Below, one piece after another: positions 36,341-47,371 of a DNA stretch of 64,000 bases. How positions within the stretch are numbered: position 1 is the first letter of the stretch; every line of letters begins with the position of its first letter. The translations under genes were made by a program, and so were the position numbers. The DNA is from Scenedesmus sp. PABB004 (taxonomy: Eukaryota). The stretch is from NCBI GenBank assembly GCA_014905635.1, contig JABVCE010000003.1:930001-994000 (forward strand). Reading direction: 5' to 3'. Under the pieces are notes generated by a model. It ran no database searches. It was not told the origin of the DNA and saw only the letters and a program-made list of their open reading frames with translations.

Positions 36341-39300
36341 ATGCTGTCCCGCCGTCCGCTGCGGCCTGCGCGGCCGGCGCCTTCGCGAGCGTTTCGCCGA
36401 GCGCGCCCCGCGCGACCCCTGCTGGCCCGAGGGGCGCTGCCGTGGGCAGCTGACGTCGTGGGCGTGACGCCCGGCCAGCGCCTGCAGGCGGGCGGCTCGC
36501 CCGGTGGCGCCGACGCGGCGCCGCCGCTGCCGGGCGGCGCGAGCCCCGGCTGGGAGCAGGCGCCGCCGCGGCAGCCCGCCGCCCCACCGCCCCCGGGCGC
36601 GGCGGAGGAGCAGGAGCTGCAGGAGCAGCAGGGCGCCGGCGGGCTGCACCCCGGCATTGTGCTCGCGTGGGGGGTGGCTGTGTGCGGCGCCGCCGCGGCC
36701 GGGCTCTGGCTGGCGGGCGGCGAGGCGGCGCTCGGGGGCGCGCCGGTCACCGCCGCCGGCGTGGCCGCGCGCCTCGAGGCGGCGGTGCCGGCGCTGCTGG
36801 GGACCTGCGCGGCGCTCTGGCGCGGCGCGCTCCTGGGCTGGCAGCACGCGCTGGCCGCGCTCGCGGGCGGCGCGGCGACGCCCCCCTGGCTGGCCGCCGC
36901 GGCCGCCGCGGCCGCGGCGCTGCCGTGGCGCGTGCTGGGCGGCGCCGCGGCGCTGGCGGCGGTGGCGTGGGCGTCGCGGCGGCACGCCGCGGCCGAGACC
37001 GCCGCCGTGCGGGCGGCGTATGAGCGCCAGCTCGAGGCGGCGCTGCAGGCGGCGCAGGGCCAGCAGGCGGCCGATGCGGCGCAGATGGTCCGGCTGCTGC
37101 AGGAGCTCGGCGTGCCGCCCGGCGCGGCCGCGCCCGCGCCCGGCCAGGCGCGGCAGCAGCAGGCGGCGCAGGCGCAGCAGCGCGGCGGGCAGCGCGCGTG
37201 GCCGCCCGGCGGCGGGCCCATGGCCGAGCTGCGCCTGCGCCTGCAGAGCCTGCGCGGCGCGCTCGAGGCGCGCGCGAGCGCGCAGCGCGAGACGCAGCGC
37301 CAGCTCGAGGCGCAGGTTGGCGAGGTGCGCGCCCTGCGCAGCCGCCTGGCCTCGACGGAGCAGCAGCTCGCGGCGGCGGCGCGCGGCGGCGCGCGCGGCG
37401 CGCCCGCCGGCGGCGTCGACGTGGCGCGGTTCCAGGAGCTCGCGCAGGTCACCGCGCGGCTGACAAACCAGTGCAACCAGCAGCAGCAGCAGCTGGCGCA
37501 GATGACGGCCGCCAACGCGACGCTGCAGCAGCAGCTCGCGCAGGCGTACGCCGCCGGCGACGACGCCGGCGGTGCCGGCGCGCCCGTGGCGCAGCTGGCG
37601 GCCGAGCGCACGATGCTCGCGGCGCAGCTGGCGCAGCGCGAGCAGCAGCTCGCGCAGGTTCAGGGGCAGGTGCAGTCGCTGGCCGCGCAGCAGGCGCAGC
37701 TGCAGCAGCTGCTGCGCGCGCGCGACGCCGCGGTGTCGGAGGGCCAGCTCGAGGCGGTGGCGTACGCGGAGGCGCGGCAGCAGCTGCTGGACAAGGAGGC
37801 GGAGCTGTCGGGCGTGCTGGCGCAGCTGCGGGAGCGCGAGGCGCGCGGCGGCGCCGCGTCGCCGGCGGCGGGCGACGACGCGGGGCTGGCGCTGGCGCGG
37901 GCCGAGGCGGAGTGCCTGGAGCTGCGCGGCCAGCTGCAGGATGTCAAGGCAGAGCTGCGCAGCAGCAACCTCAACGCCGAGCTGCTGCAGCGCGAGCTCG
38001 CTGCGCGCGGCGCCGCCGGCGGCCCCACCGAGGCGGAGGAGGTGTGGGCGGCGCAGCAGCGGCTGGCAGCGGCCGAGCAGCGCAGCGCCGAGCTCCTGCT
38101 GGCGCTCCAGCAGCGCGACAGCCAGCTGCAGGCGATGGAAGGTGACCGCCGCGGCGCGGCCGGACCTGGGCTGTTCCTGCGCCTGCTCGCGCCTGCACTG
38201 CTGCCCGCTCGCTCACGCACCGCGCGCCTGCCGCTGCCGCGCTCGCCCGCCAGGCGAGCTCGCGGCGTCGCGCTCCGAGGTTGCTGTGCTCAGCGAGCTG
38301 AGCGCCGGCGCCGAGTCGATGCGGGAGGAGCTCACAGCCGAGCTGGACGCAACGCGTGGTCAGATGGCGGCGCTGGCGGCGCAGCTCGAGGAGAACGGCA
38401 TGGTGAGGCGCTGCCGCTGACGCTGCTGCCGCTCCAACCCCCCCCCCCCCCTCCGCTTGCCGCCACAGGCCACAGGGATGGTCGGCCCGCGCCGCCGATG
38501 CCGCGCCGCCGACGCCGCGCCGCCGACGCCGCGCCGCCGACGCCGCGCCGCCGACGCCGCGCCGCACACCTGCCACGCCACACGCAGGCGCTGGAGCAGG
38601 AGCTGGCTGCGAGCGCCGCATCGATGCAGCAGCTGCAGCAGGAGCTGCTGACGCGCGACGTCGAGGGCCAGCTGCTCCGCCAGCAACTCTCGGCCGCGGG
38701 GCAGCAGCTGCAGCAGCTGACAGAGCAGCTCACGGCGGGCCAGGCGGCGTCCGTGGAGCTGGCCGCGGCGCGCGCGGAGCTGGCCGAGCTGGCGGCGCGC
38801 AACGCCGAGATCGCGACGGAGGCGGCGGCGCAGCGCGAGCAGCTCGCGGTGACCGCCGCCGCCGCCGCTGACCAGGCGGCCGCGCTGGAGGCAGCCAGGG
38901 CGGAGGCGGCCAGCACAGCGGCCGCGCTCGACGCCGCACGTGAGCAGCAGGCCGCCGCGGCGGGCGAGGCCGAGGCGCTGCGCGCCGAGGTGGCCGCCCT
39001 GCGCGACGGCGCGGCGTCGCTCGAGGCCGCGCTGGCCGAGGCGCGCGCCGCCGCCGAGCGCGCGCGCGCGGACGCCGACGCGCTCGCGGGCCAGCAGGAG
39101 CAGCTTGTCACGCAGCTCGCCGCCGCTGCGGCGGTGAGGGAGTCTGCGGCGAACCAGGCGACCTCCACAAGCGCGCAGCTGGACATCGTGTCCCAGCAGC
39201 TGGACCTCGTGATCCAGGAGAAGGCCTCTGCCAGCAGCGCGGCGGCCGAGGCGGAGGGCCAGCTCGCTGCGGCGCGCCAGGAGCTTGCGGAGCAGGCGGC

Positions 39301-40779
39301 GCAGCTGGAGGACACCCAAGCGAGCCTCCGCAAGCGCGCGCAGCAGGTTGAGGAGCTGCAGCTGGCGCTGGAGGCGCGGCGCGTGGCGCTGGAGGACAGG
39401 GACGCCCAGCTGGAGGACCTGCAGGCGGCGCTGGCTGCGGCGGACGAGGCCGCCGAGGCGGCGCAGGCGGCCGCGGCAGACCGGGAGGGCAGGCTGGCGG
39501 CGGCGGGGGCGGAGCGGGAGGAGGCCACGGCCGCGGCCACGTCGGCGGCAGAGCGTGCGGCCGCGGCGCTGCAGCAGGAGCTGGGCGAGGCCAGGGCGGC
39601 GCTCGCGGCCCAGCAGGCGGAGCTGCAGGCGGCGGCTGCGGCCGCGGACCAGTCGCGCGCGCAGGCGGCGGCCGCCGAGGCGGAGGCCACGGCGCTGTCC
39701 GCCGCGGCGGCCGCCGCCGAGGCGGAGGCAGCCGCGGTGGCCGACAAGCGCGAGGAGGCGGAGGCGCAGCTCGCGCTCGCCCAGCAGCAGCTTGACGCGG
39801 CGCGGCTGCAGGTTGCGGAGCGGCAGCAGGGCGACCGGGAGGTGCAGGCGCTGCAGGCCCGGCTGGACGCGGCGGAGGCGCAGGTCGCGGCGGGCCAGCA
39901 GCAGGCGCGCGAGCAGGAGCGGCAGCGCCAGGCCCTCGCGGCGCAGCTCGCCGCGGCGGAGGGCGACGCGCAGGCGCTGCAGGCGCAGCTCGCGGGCGCG
40001 GGCGCCGCCCAGGCCGAGGCGGAGGCGGGCCTGGGCCGGCAGCAGGAGCAGGTGGCGCAGCTGGAGCAGGCGCTCGGCGACGCGCGGCGCGAGCTGGAGC
40101 AGCTGCGCGCCGCGGCCGGCGAGGCCGCCGCGGCCGGCGACGCCCGGGCGGCGCTGGAGCGGGAGCTGGCGGCCAGCGCGGCTGCCGCGGCGGGCGCGGA
40201 GGCGGCGGCCGCTGCCGCGGGCGCGCAGGTGGCGGAGCAGCGCGAGGCGGCGGCGGCGCTGCGCGCGCAGCTCGCCGACAGCGAGCGCGACGTGGCGGCG
40301 CTGCGCGCGCAGCTGGACGAGGCGGCGGCCGCCGCCGCCGCGCGGCAGGAGGAGGCGGTGGCGGCGGCGCTGCTGCAGCGCGCGCCGGCCGAGGCGGGCG
40401 CCGCGCGCGCGGCGGCGCCCGCGCCCGCGGCGCCGCCGGTGGTGGCGAGCGCCGCGGGCGCGGCGGCGGCTGCCGCGGCGCCCAGCCCCGCGGACGCAGG
40501 CGGCGAGGCCGGCGGCGGCTGGCTGAGCTACGTGCAGACCTACCTGCTCGCGGACGAGCTGCCCGAGGGCGGCCGGCTGAGCCACGGCGCCATCGTCGGC
40601 CCCGACTCGGGCGTGTGGGCCGCCGACGCGGGCTTCCCGCCGGTGTCGCAGGCCGAGGCCGCGGAGCTCGCGGCGCTGCTGCTGCAGCGCGGCGACGGCG
40701 CCGGCGCCGGCCGCGGCGCGCGCGCCGCCGAGGTGCGCATCGGCGGCCGCGCGTACGACGCGACGCCCGCGCCGGCGGC

Positions 40780-40810
<31 letters not shown>

Positions 40811-41023
40811 GCCGAGCAGGGCACCGCCGCGGCGCCGCTGCTGGTGTGCCGCGCCAAGGGCGGCGGGCCGTTTGGCATGGGCGGCGGCAAGGCGGGCGGC
40901 GCGGTCGCGCTCACCGGGGGCGGCACGCTCGTGGTGGCGCTGTGGGACGACAAGCGCGCGGAGCCGGGCTGCGGCGCCGCGGTGGCGCGCCTGGCGGCGG
41001 CGCTCGAGAGCTACGGCTACTGA
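36341..41023 (+). CDS. Large protein: transit-peptide-like N-terminus, hydrophobic/TM segments, ~1000-aa coiled coil and a C-terminal profilin domain; 3 exons (introns 38142-38253 and 38403-38587)
   Basis: ATG at 36341. Hydrophobic segments GIVLAWGVAVCGAAAAGLWLA and WRVLGGAAALAAVAWA. Heptad A/Q/E/L-rich body. Profilin motifs from 40520: WLSYV..L, LSHGAIVGPDSGVWA...FP, IGGRAY, LVVALW, VARLAAALESYGY-stop. Confidence 0.85.
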
Positions 41024-41608
41024 GGGCCGGGGGGCTGCGTGTGCACCGAATTTGGTGTGAATGTGGTGTGAGCGGCGCTGGGGTTGCATCGCTTTGCTGA
41101 CACTTCAAGAAGCGCGCGCGCACGGCGCGACGCGCAGCGTCCGCCCGCCGCCGACGCGCTGCCAGGCCGCCCCATTGCGGCCCGGCGGCGCGCGGCGGCC
41201 GGCGGCGCTCGTGTGCACGGTTCTTTGGGGGTCACTCAATCGTTGATTGGGCGGGTGCGTGCGACGATCAGGTCATGTTGGCCGGCGCTGCCGGCGCTGG
41301 CTGCGCGTGCAGCGTGCAACTGCGGCGGCCGCGCCGGTGACGCTCCCGCTCGCCCCGCAGACTGCATCATCTGGGTGTCCGCGAGTGCAGGGCGCGTCCC
41401 GGAAGCCTGCCAAGCAGGAGGCGGTGCGTTCAGCCAGCAGCTGACCAGCAGCTGACTCACCCGGGGGCCCTTTTTCAATCGATCAAACGCTGCGCCCGCT
41501 CGATCACGCTGCCGCCTGCGCGTCCCGCTCCTGCACTCTCGCCCGGGTCCCGGCAGCCGCTCGTCCGCGGCCTCCTCCCTCCCGGCTTCTTTCGGAGCTG
41601 CTGCAACG

Positions 41609-42769
41609 ATGGCGCGCGCCGCGCTCGCGCTCTGCCTCTTCCTGGCCGTGGCGGGTGCGTGTCCCGTCATGCGCAAGGCTCTCGGCAGCAGTCGGCGCTG
41701 CGCGGGGCGATGACGGGCGGCGTGTGCGCGGGGGCGCGCAGCTCAACCACCTCGCGATCACGCCCGGCGCCCGCCGCGCCGCGCCGCCCGTCACAGGCTC
41801 GGTACTGGCCACCGAGAACCCGACCAAGAACAGCACCGCCGTGATGGTGCGGGCGGCACCGGCGGCACCGGCGGCGCGCGGCCGCTGCTGCTCCCTGACC
41901 GCGCCCGGCCGCCGCCGCCCGCAGGCGCGCATTGAGCTCGACAACACGGTGAAGCAGGTCAACGCCAGCCTGGCCAAGCTCAAGACGTGCGCGGCGCCCG
42001 CGGCGCGCGCCTGCGCCGCGCGGCGCCGGCCCGACGCGCGCCTGCCCACCCCCTCGCCTCGCTGCGCAGCAACATCGCCAAGGAGCTCTGCGGCGTGCCC
42101 GAGACCGACGTGACCATCCACAAGGTCATGGACGACTCCACGAAGATCGCCGGCATCGGCAACACCCAGACCGTCGTGTACGCGTCCTGCAAGGCCCCCA
42201 ACGCCAAGCTCGAGGGCGTGCGCGACGACTGCGAGGACCTCTGGAACAGGGTGCGGGCCCGCTCTTGCACGGCCCGCGCAGCGCGCCGCCAGGCCCCGGG
42301 ATCTCGCGCCGTCGTGCTCGCGCGCACCCGCCGACCCGCGCGCCGCCGCCCCGCGCGCGCCCGCGTGCGGGCCCCCAGCACCAGGTCAAGGACGAGACCA
42401 AGGACTCGACCTCCTGGTGGAAGGGCGGCGAGCTGGAGGTCGACGACATCAAGTGGTGAGCGAGCCGCCGCCCGGGGCGCGCGCCGCGCCAGCGCCGCGC
42501 CCAGCCGCGCGGCCGCGCTTGCGCTGACGCCGCCGCGGCGGCCGCCTGCGCGCGTGTCGTGTCGTGTCATGAATGCGCGCAGCCGCTACGTCGAGAACAA
42601 CAATCCCGTCTACTTTTCGCGAGGGGACGAGACTAAGGCCGCCGCGACGACCGTAAATGGCACCGCGGCCGACGGCATGACGATGAAGCCCGCCGGCTCG
42701 GCCGCCGCCGCCGCGCTGCCTGCGACGGCGCTGGCGCTCGCGTGCGCCGCGTTCGCGCTGCTGCTGTGA
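41609..42769 (+). CDS. Secreted, probably GPI-anchored surface protein of unknown function, 6 exons
   Basis: Signal peptide MARAALALCLFLAVAG, N-glycosylation sequons (NST, NAS, NGT), four Cys, and a C-terminal GSAAAAALPATALALACAAFALLL-stop GPI-type signal. Confidence 0.8.
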
Positions 42770-43228
42770 GCAAACAGCAGGCCGCGCGCGGCCGGATGTC
42801 CTGCCGCTGCCGTCGCCGCGCCTCCCAACGTGCGCGTGCGGGCGCGCGCGGCCGATTTTGACCAGGAAGCCCCGCGCGGCGCCGCTGCCGTCGGCGGCGC
42901 GCCCCGCGCGCGCGGCCTGCGGCGCTGCAGAGCGGCAGCGCCACTGTTGGCGGCCGGGCGTGCCCGGCGCGGGCGCCGGGAGCGCGGGCGGGCAAACGAC
43001 TCGGGACTCGTTGATTGAAACCCGGGGGGCGAGGGACGGCCCGCCACCAGCCGCGCCGCCGCTGACTGGCGTGCGCGCTGGACCGTGGCGGCCGGGCGCG
43101 CGCGCGGCACGCGTGCGGCACTGGGACTGTGTGCTGCCGCGGCGCGGCCCGCGACCCCCGTTTTGACTAGTGTTGGGGCGCGCGCTTGATCGTCGTAACC
43201 GTCCAACGGTTCCAGGGGGCTGCGCCAG

Positions 43229-44295
43229 TCAGTCGCCCTCTTCGTCCGACGACTCGCCAAACGCCGCGCTCACGGGCTGCTTCGCGCCGGCCGCCCCGAA
43301 CCTGAGGCGGCCGCCACCGCCGCGGCCCCCCGCCATGGCCACGCCCGGCCGCTTCGCGCCCAGGCCGCCGCCGCGCGCCGGGCCCCTGCCAGCGAGGCCG
43401 CCGCAGCCGGGCGCGACCTTTTTGAGGCCAAAGCTCATGCCGCTGCCCGACGCGATCGCCTCCACCCGCTCAGGCGGCAGCTCAGCGGGCGGCGGCGGCG
43501 GCGGCGGGGGCGGGGGCGGCGGCGGCTCCGGCGTCGCTGCACCCGAGGACCGGCCGGCGCCCGCGCCGCCGGCGGCGGCCCCAGGCTCCGCGTCTGGCGG
43601 CTGCCCCGGCGGCAGCGGCGGCGGCGGCGCGTGCTGGTCCGGCTGCTGCGGCTGGCCCTGCTTCGCGGCTGCTGCCTGCGCCTTGCGGATCCTGCGGTCC
43701 GGCGGCGGCGGCGGCGGCGGCGGCAGCGGCAGCGGCGGGTTCGGCGCGCGCTCGGCGCGAGCGTGCGGGCGCAGCAGCGCGCCGCCGCCGGGCACGGCGC
43801 GACGCACTGCTCCTCCAGGCGCTGCTGCTCGCGCTGCTGCTGCCGCTGCTCCTTGCGCTGCCGCTCGTCGCGCGTGCGCTCCAGCTCCGCGGCGCGCGCC
43901 TCCGCCAGGCGCTGCGGCGCGGCGCGGCGGGCGGGCGGGTGGGCGGGCAGCGCGGCGCGTCGGCGCCACCGGCCGCGGAAGCTGTCTGCCCCCCGCTCCC
44001 CCGCCCACCCCCCAACACACACACGCACCTTTTTGTGGTGGTGGTCGTAGCTGCTCAGGTGCTCCTCCAGCTCCATGGCCGTCGCGTACTGCTTGACGCA
44101 CACCTGTGGGGCGCGCGGCAGCGGCGGCCGGGGCGTCGCGGCAGGGCCAACACGCGCGCTGGCGGCCCCGCCGCGCTGCGGCGCGCGTCCTCCCTCCCGG
44201 CTCGCCCCGCGCGCTGACCTGGCATAGGAACGTCCGAAGAATCTCCGTGACGTCCTGCTTGATCGCCTCGTCGCGCGCGGCCTGGGCCTGGCGGC

Positions 44296-44340
<45 letters not shown>

Positions 44341-45058
44341 AGTGAGGCGCGCCGCGCCGCCGCGGCGCCCGCCCGCGGCGCCCGCCCGCGGCGCGGCGTC
44401 CGCACGCAGCGCGGCGCCCACCGCGCACCTCGCGCCGCCGCGTGCGGTCGGGGTCCTCATCCGCCTGGATCTCCACCTCCAGCCTCTTGCGCACGATGCC
44501 GTCCGCCGCGGTGAACGCGTCGTCCTGCGCCTGCTTGCCCAGGCCCAGCCGCACGCCCGCCTCGACGCCCGCCGACACGGGCTCCACCAGGCCTGGCGCG
44601 GCGCGGCGAGCCGCCGCGTGAGCGCGCCGCGCCGCGCAGCGCCGCGCGCGGCGTGCCAGCGGAGGCGCGCGTGCGCGCACCGTCCTCGTTCCTGCCCAGG
44701 CCCTTGCCGGACCAGCCCATCTTCTGCAGCAGCTGGAAGCCCTTGTTGCTCGCATCGAGCGGCGCGCTGGCCGACGCCGCGGCGGCGAGCGGCGGGCCCT
44801 CGCCGATGGGGAACCAGTACGGCATGTCCTCCAGCGGCCCCTCCTCGTCGACCTGTGACAGCGGCGGGAGCCGGTGGGCGGCGGGGCGGAGCGCCAGGGG
44901 CACCGCAGGCGCCGCGGCGGGCCGGCGCTGGCACGCGCTGCTGGTGCGCCGCTGCGCACCAGCGCGCCAGCGGAGAAGGCTGCGCCCCGCGGGGCCGAGA
45001 GCTTGGGGTCGACCACCACCGGCACCGGCCCCGGCGGCGGTGGCGGCGGTGCCTCCAT
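43229..45058 (-). CDS. G-patch plus C2H2 zinc-finger protein (GPATCH8-like)
   Basis: G-patch LDASNKGFQLLQKMGWSGKGLGRNEDGLVEPV...RLGLGK; zinc finger FLCQVCVKQY...EEHLSSYDHHHKKRL; terminus FGESSDEEGD. Confidence 0.9.
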
Positions 45059-45303
45059 CGCGGCGCGGCGGTTGCCGCTGCCGCCGCTGCTGCTGCGGCT
45101 GCTGCTGCTGCTGCTGCGCCTGCGCGTGCGCCTGCGCCCGCTGTGCCACGTGCGGCATTGCCGCTTGCGGGTCTGGACAGCCGGGCTCAGTTCAGCAGCC
45201 AGCTTGCGCCCTCGCCGCTGCACCGCCGCCCGCTCGCACGCGCTCGCCCGCGCAGCATGTCCCAGCTGCTCTCACAGCAAGCTCACGTCACTCGCGCTCC
45301 ACG

Positions 45304-46955
45304 TCACTCGTCCTCCTCGCCGCCGCCCTCGGGGTCGTCGCCATCGCTGCCGCCCTCGTGCGGCACGAGGCCCGCCGCCTGGGCGAGCGCCTCGGCCAGC
45401 TTGTAGCTGCAGTACCGCGCGTCGAACCGCATGTCGTACCAGTAGTTGACGGCGACGCACCAGCGCTCATCGCCCGCCCCCGCCTGCGCGACCCAGTGCC
45501 ACCACAGCGCCGGCAGGTAGAGCACTTCGCCGGCGTGCACCTGCGGGGGTGTGTCAGGTCAGGGTGCGTCAGGCCGCCGCCGCCACCGCCGCAGCCGCCG
45601 CCGCCGTGGCCCGCAGCTGCGCCAGCTGCAGCTGCAGCCGCAGCCGCGGCCGGGCCCGCACCTCCACGCGCAGCGGGCGCGGCAGCCCCGGGTCAAAGAA
45701 GAGCGCGTGCTCGGCGCACGGCCGCCCCGGGTCAACCGGGCTCCACAGCACGCGCGGCGCGCCCAGCTGCAGCACAGGCACGAGCTGCCCGTCGGCCCCG
45801 CCCTGCGGCGCGCCGCGCGCGCAGGAGTCGGCCGCCGCTGGCCGCGGGCTGGCCGCCCGCGGGCGTGCGGCGCGGGGCGGCGCACCGGCTCAAACTGCGC
45901 GGCGGCGTAGCGCTGCAGGGCGAGGCGCCAGCAGTCGGATGGCGGGAGCAGGACGAAGGTCTTGGTGCCGGTGATGACCGCGTAGAGGTTCTCATAATTG
46001 TCCTTGTGAAAGGTCGTCACCGCGCGCTCGTCGCCTGGTGGCACGTGCCGCGGCGGGCGGGCGGGCGGCGCGCGCTGAGGGCGGGCGGGCGGGCGGCCGG
46101 GCGGGCGGCGCGCGCTGGCGGCGGGCGGCGCGGACGCCCGCCTCCAAGGGAGGCGGCGCGCCAGCGAGCGGGCGAGGAGCCGGCTGCGCGCACCGATCCA
46201 CAGGTTGACGGCGTCCGGCGGCGCGTCAAACGCCTCGGCCGCAAACGCGAGCTGTGCGTCGACGTCCGGCAGCAGCGCGGGCAGCTCCTCGGTCAGGTTG
46301 CTGTTCTGTTGTTGCAAATACGGCACCTCGCCGCTCGCCGCTGCCCGGCTGTCAAAGAAGAGCTGCAGGAAGGCTCGCAGGCTCATGCGGCGCTTGTGGG
46401 GCGTGCAGAAGCACAGCGCGGGCGCGGCGCCGCCGCCGGGCGCGGCCGCCGGTGCGCAGGGCGTGACCGCGTCGCCGCGGCCGTTGGGCGTGACGTCGAC
46501 CGAGATGGTCGCGTCGCCCGCGGCCGACTCCAGCCCCGCGCGGCTCCAGCAAGACCGCGCCGGCCAGTGGTCGATCGCGCCTGCCGCGCCGGCGGCGGCG
46601 GCGGGTGGGGGCTTGGCTGGCCGGCCGCGCAGGCGCAGCGCCACGCGCGCGGGCGCAGCGCCGCACCGCGGATGAGCAGCGGCTTGTTTGCGCCCACAAA
46701 GTCGCGCAGGAACGTCGCCGCGCTCGGCGGCCCCTCCACCACCTGTACCGCGGTGCCGACGTCCAGCTCCCGCAGCTCGCGCGAGTTGCGGGCGAGGAGG
46801 GCGAGGAGCTCCGCGCGTCCGCCAGCTGCACCGGCAGCACCGGCAGCGCCGGCAGCACCGGCAGCACCGGCAGCATCGGCAGCGCCAGCAGCGGCGGCGG
46901 CACCGGCAGCGGCGGCAGCGGCGCCGCTGCCGCACGCCGCGCCGGCGGCAGCCAT
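45304..46955 (-). CDS. JMJD7: JmjC/cupin-8 hydroxylase JMJD7-like, 5 exons
   Basis: FLRDFVGANKPLLIRGAIDHWPA, VDVTPNGRGDAV, YLQQQNSNL, PDAVNLWIGD, FHKDNYENLY, GEVLYLPALWWHWV, AVNYWYDMRFD. Confidence 0.93.
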
Positions 46956-47371
46956 GCCCCTGCCTGCCGGGCGAGACCGAGCTGGTCCGACTGCGCAGCC
47001 GTCACTGATGCGTGCGTGCGCAGGCCAGCGGCCGCTCTGGGAGCGCGCGGCGGGCCGCGGGCGTCGTCAGCAGCGGCGGCCGCCCGCCGCAGCGTGATGC
47101 GGGGCCCGGGCGCGGCGCGGGCGGTCACGCGGATGCGATGGCGTCGGCTCGGCCTGTTGGCTTGGCGCGCAGAGCCTGGGGCGGCTCCATCGCGGTCTTG
47201 GGGCGCGGCGCATCTCGCGCGTCACGAGCCCCGCGCACGCGCCCCACCGCCCGCCCGCCCGGCACAGGCTTTGTGAGCACCCCACACGCCCCCTCCGCCT
47301 GCTCCAGCCCCGCTCGCGCCGCGAGCGTTGCTGCTGACCCCGCCGCGCGTCGCCGCCATCGCCACAAAACG

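Noticed and set aside
38490..38565. Short tandem repeats (gccgcgccgccgac about x5; also ccccgcg at ~1777-1825 and 9-mers at ~46826-46915) as CRISPR-like arrays
   Set aside because: There are no unique spacers and no cas genes, and the context is eukaryotic intron or low-complexity coding sequence. These are slippage minisatellites.
41043..41058. Small hairpin gcaccgaatttggtgt after the profilin-fusion stop
   Set aside because: Too short to distinguish from chance, and no ncRNA or SECIS features were recognised.
42452..42462. Apparent in-frame TGA after exons (DDIKW-stop; also GHK-stop near 19230 and NYL-stop near 54935) as selenocysteine or readthrough
   Set aside because: Each TGA lies within a GTGAG splice donor and is removed by splicing.
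35041..42769. PIG-P near a GPI-anchored protein, and NSE3 plus FANCJ in one window, as functional clusters
   Set aside because: The genes are separated by unrelated genes, and such proximity is expected by chance in a gene-dense genome.
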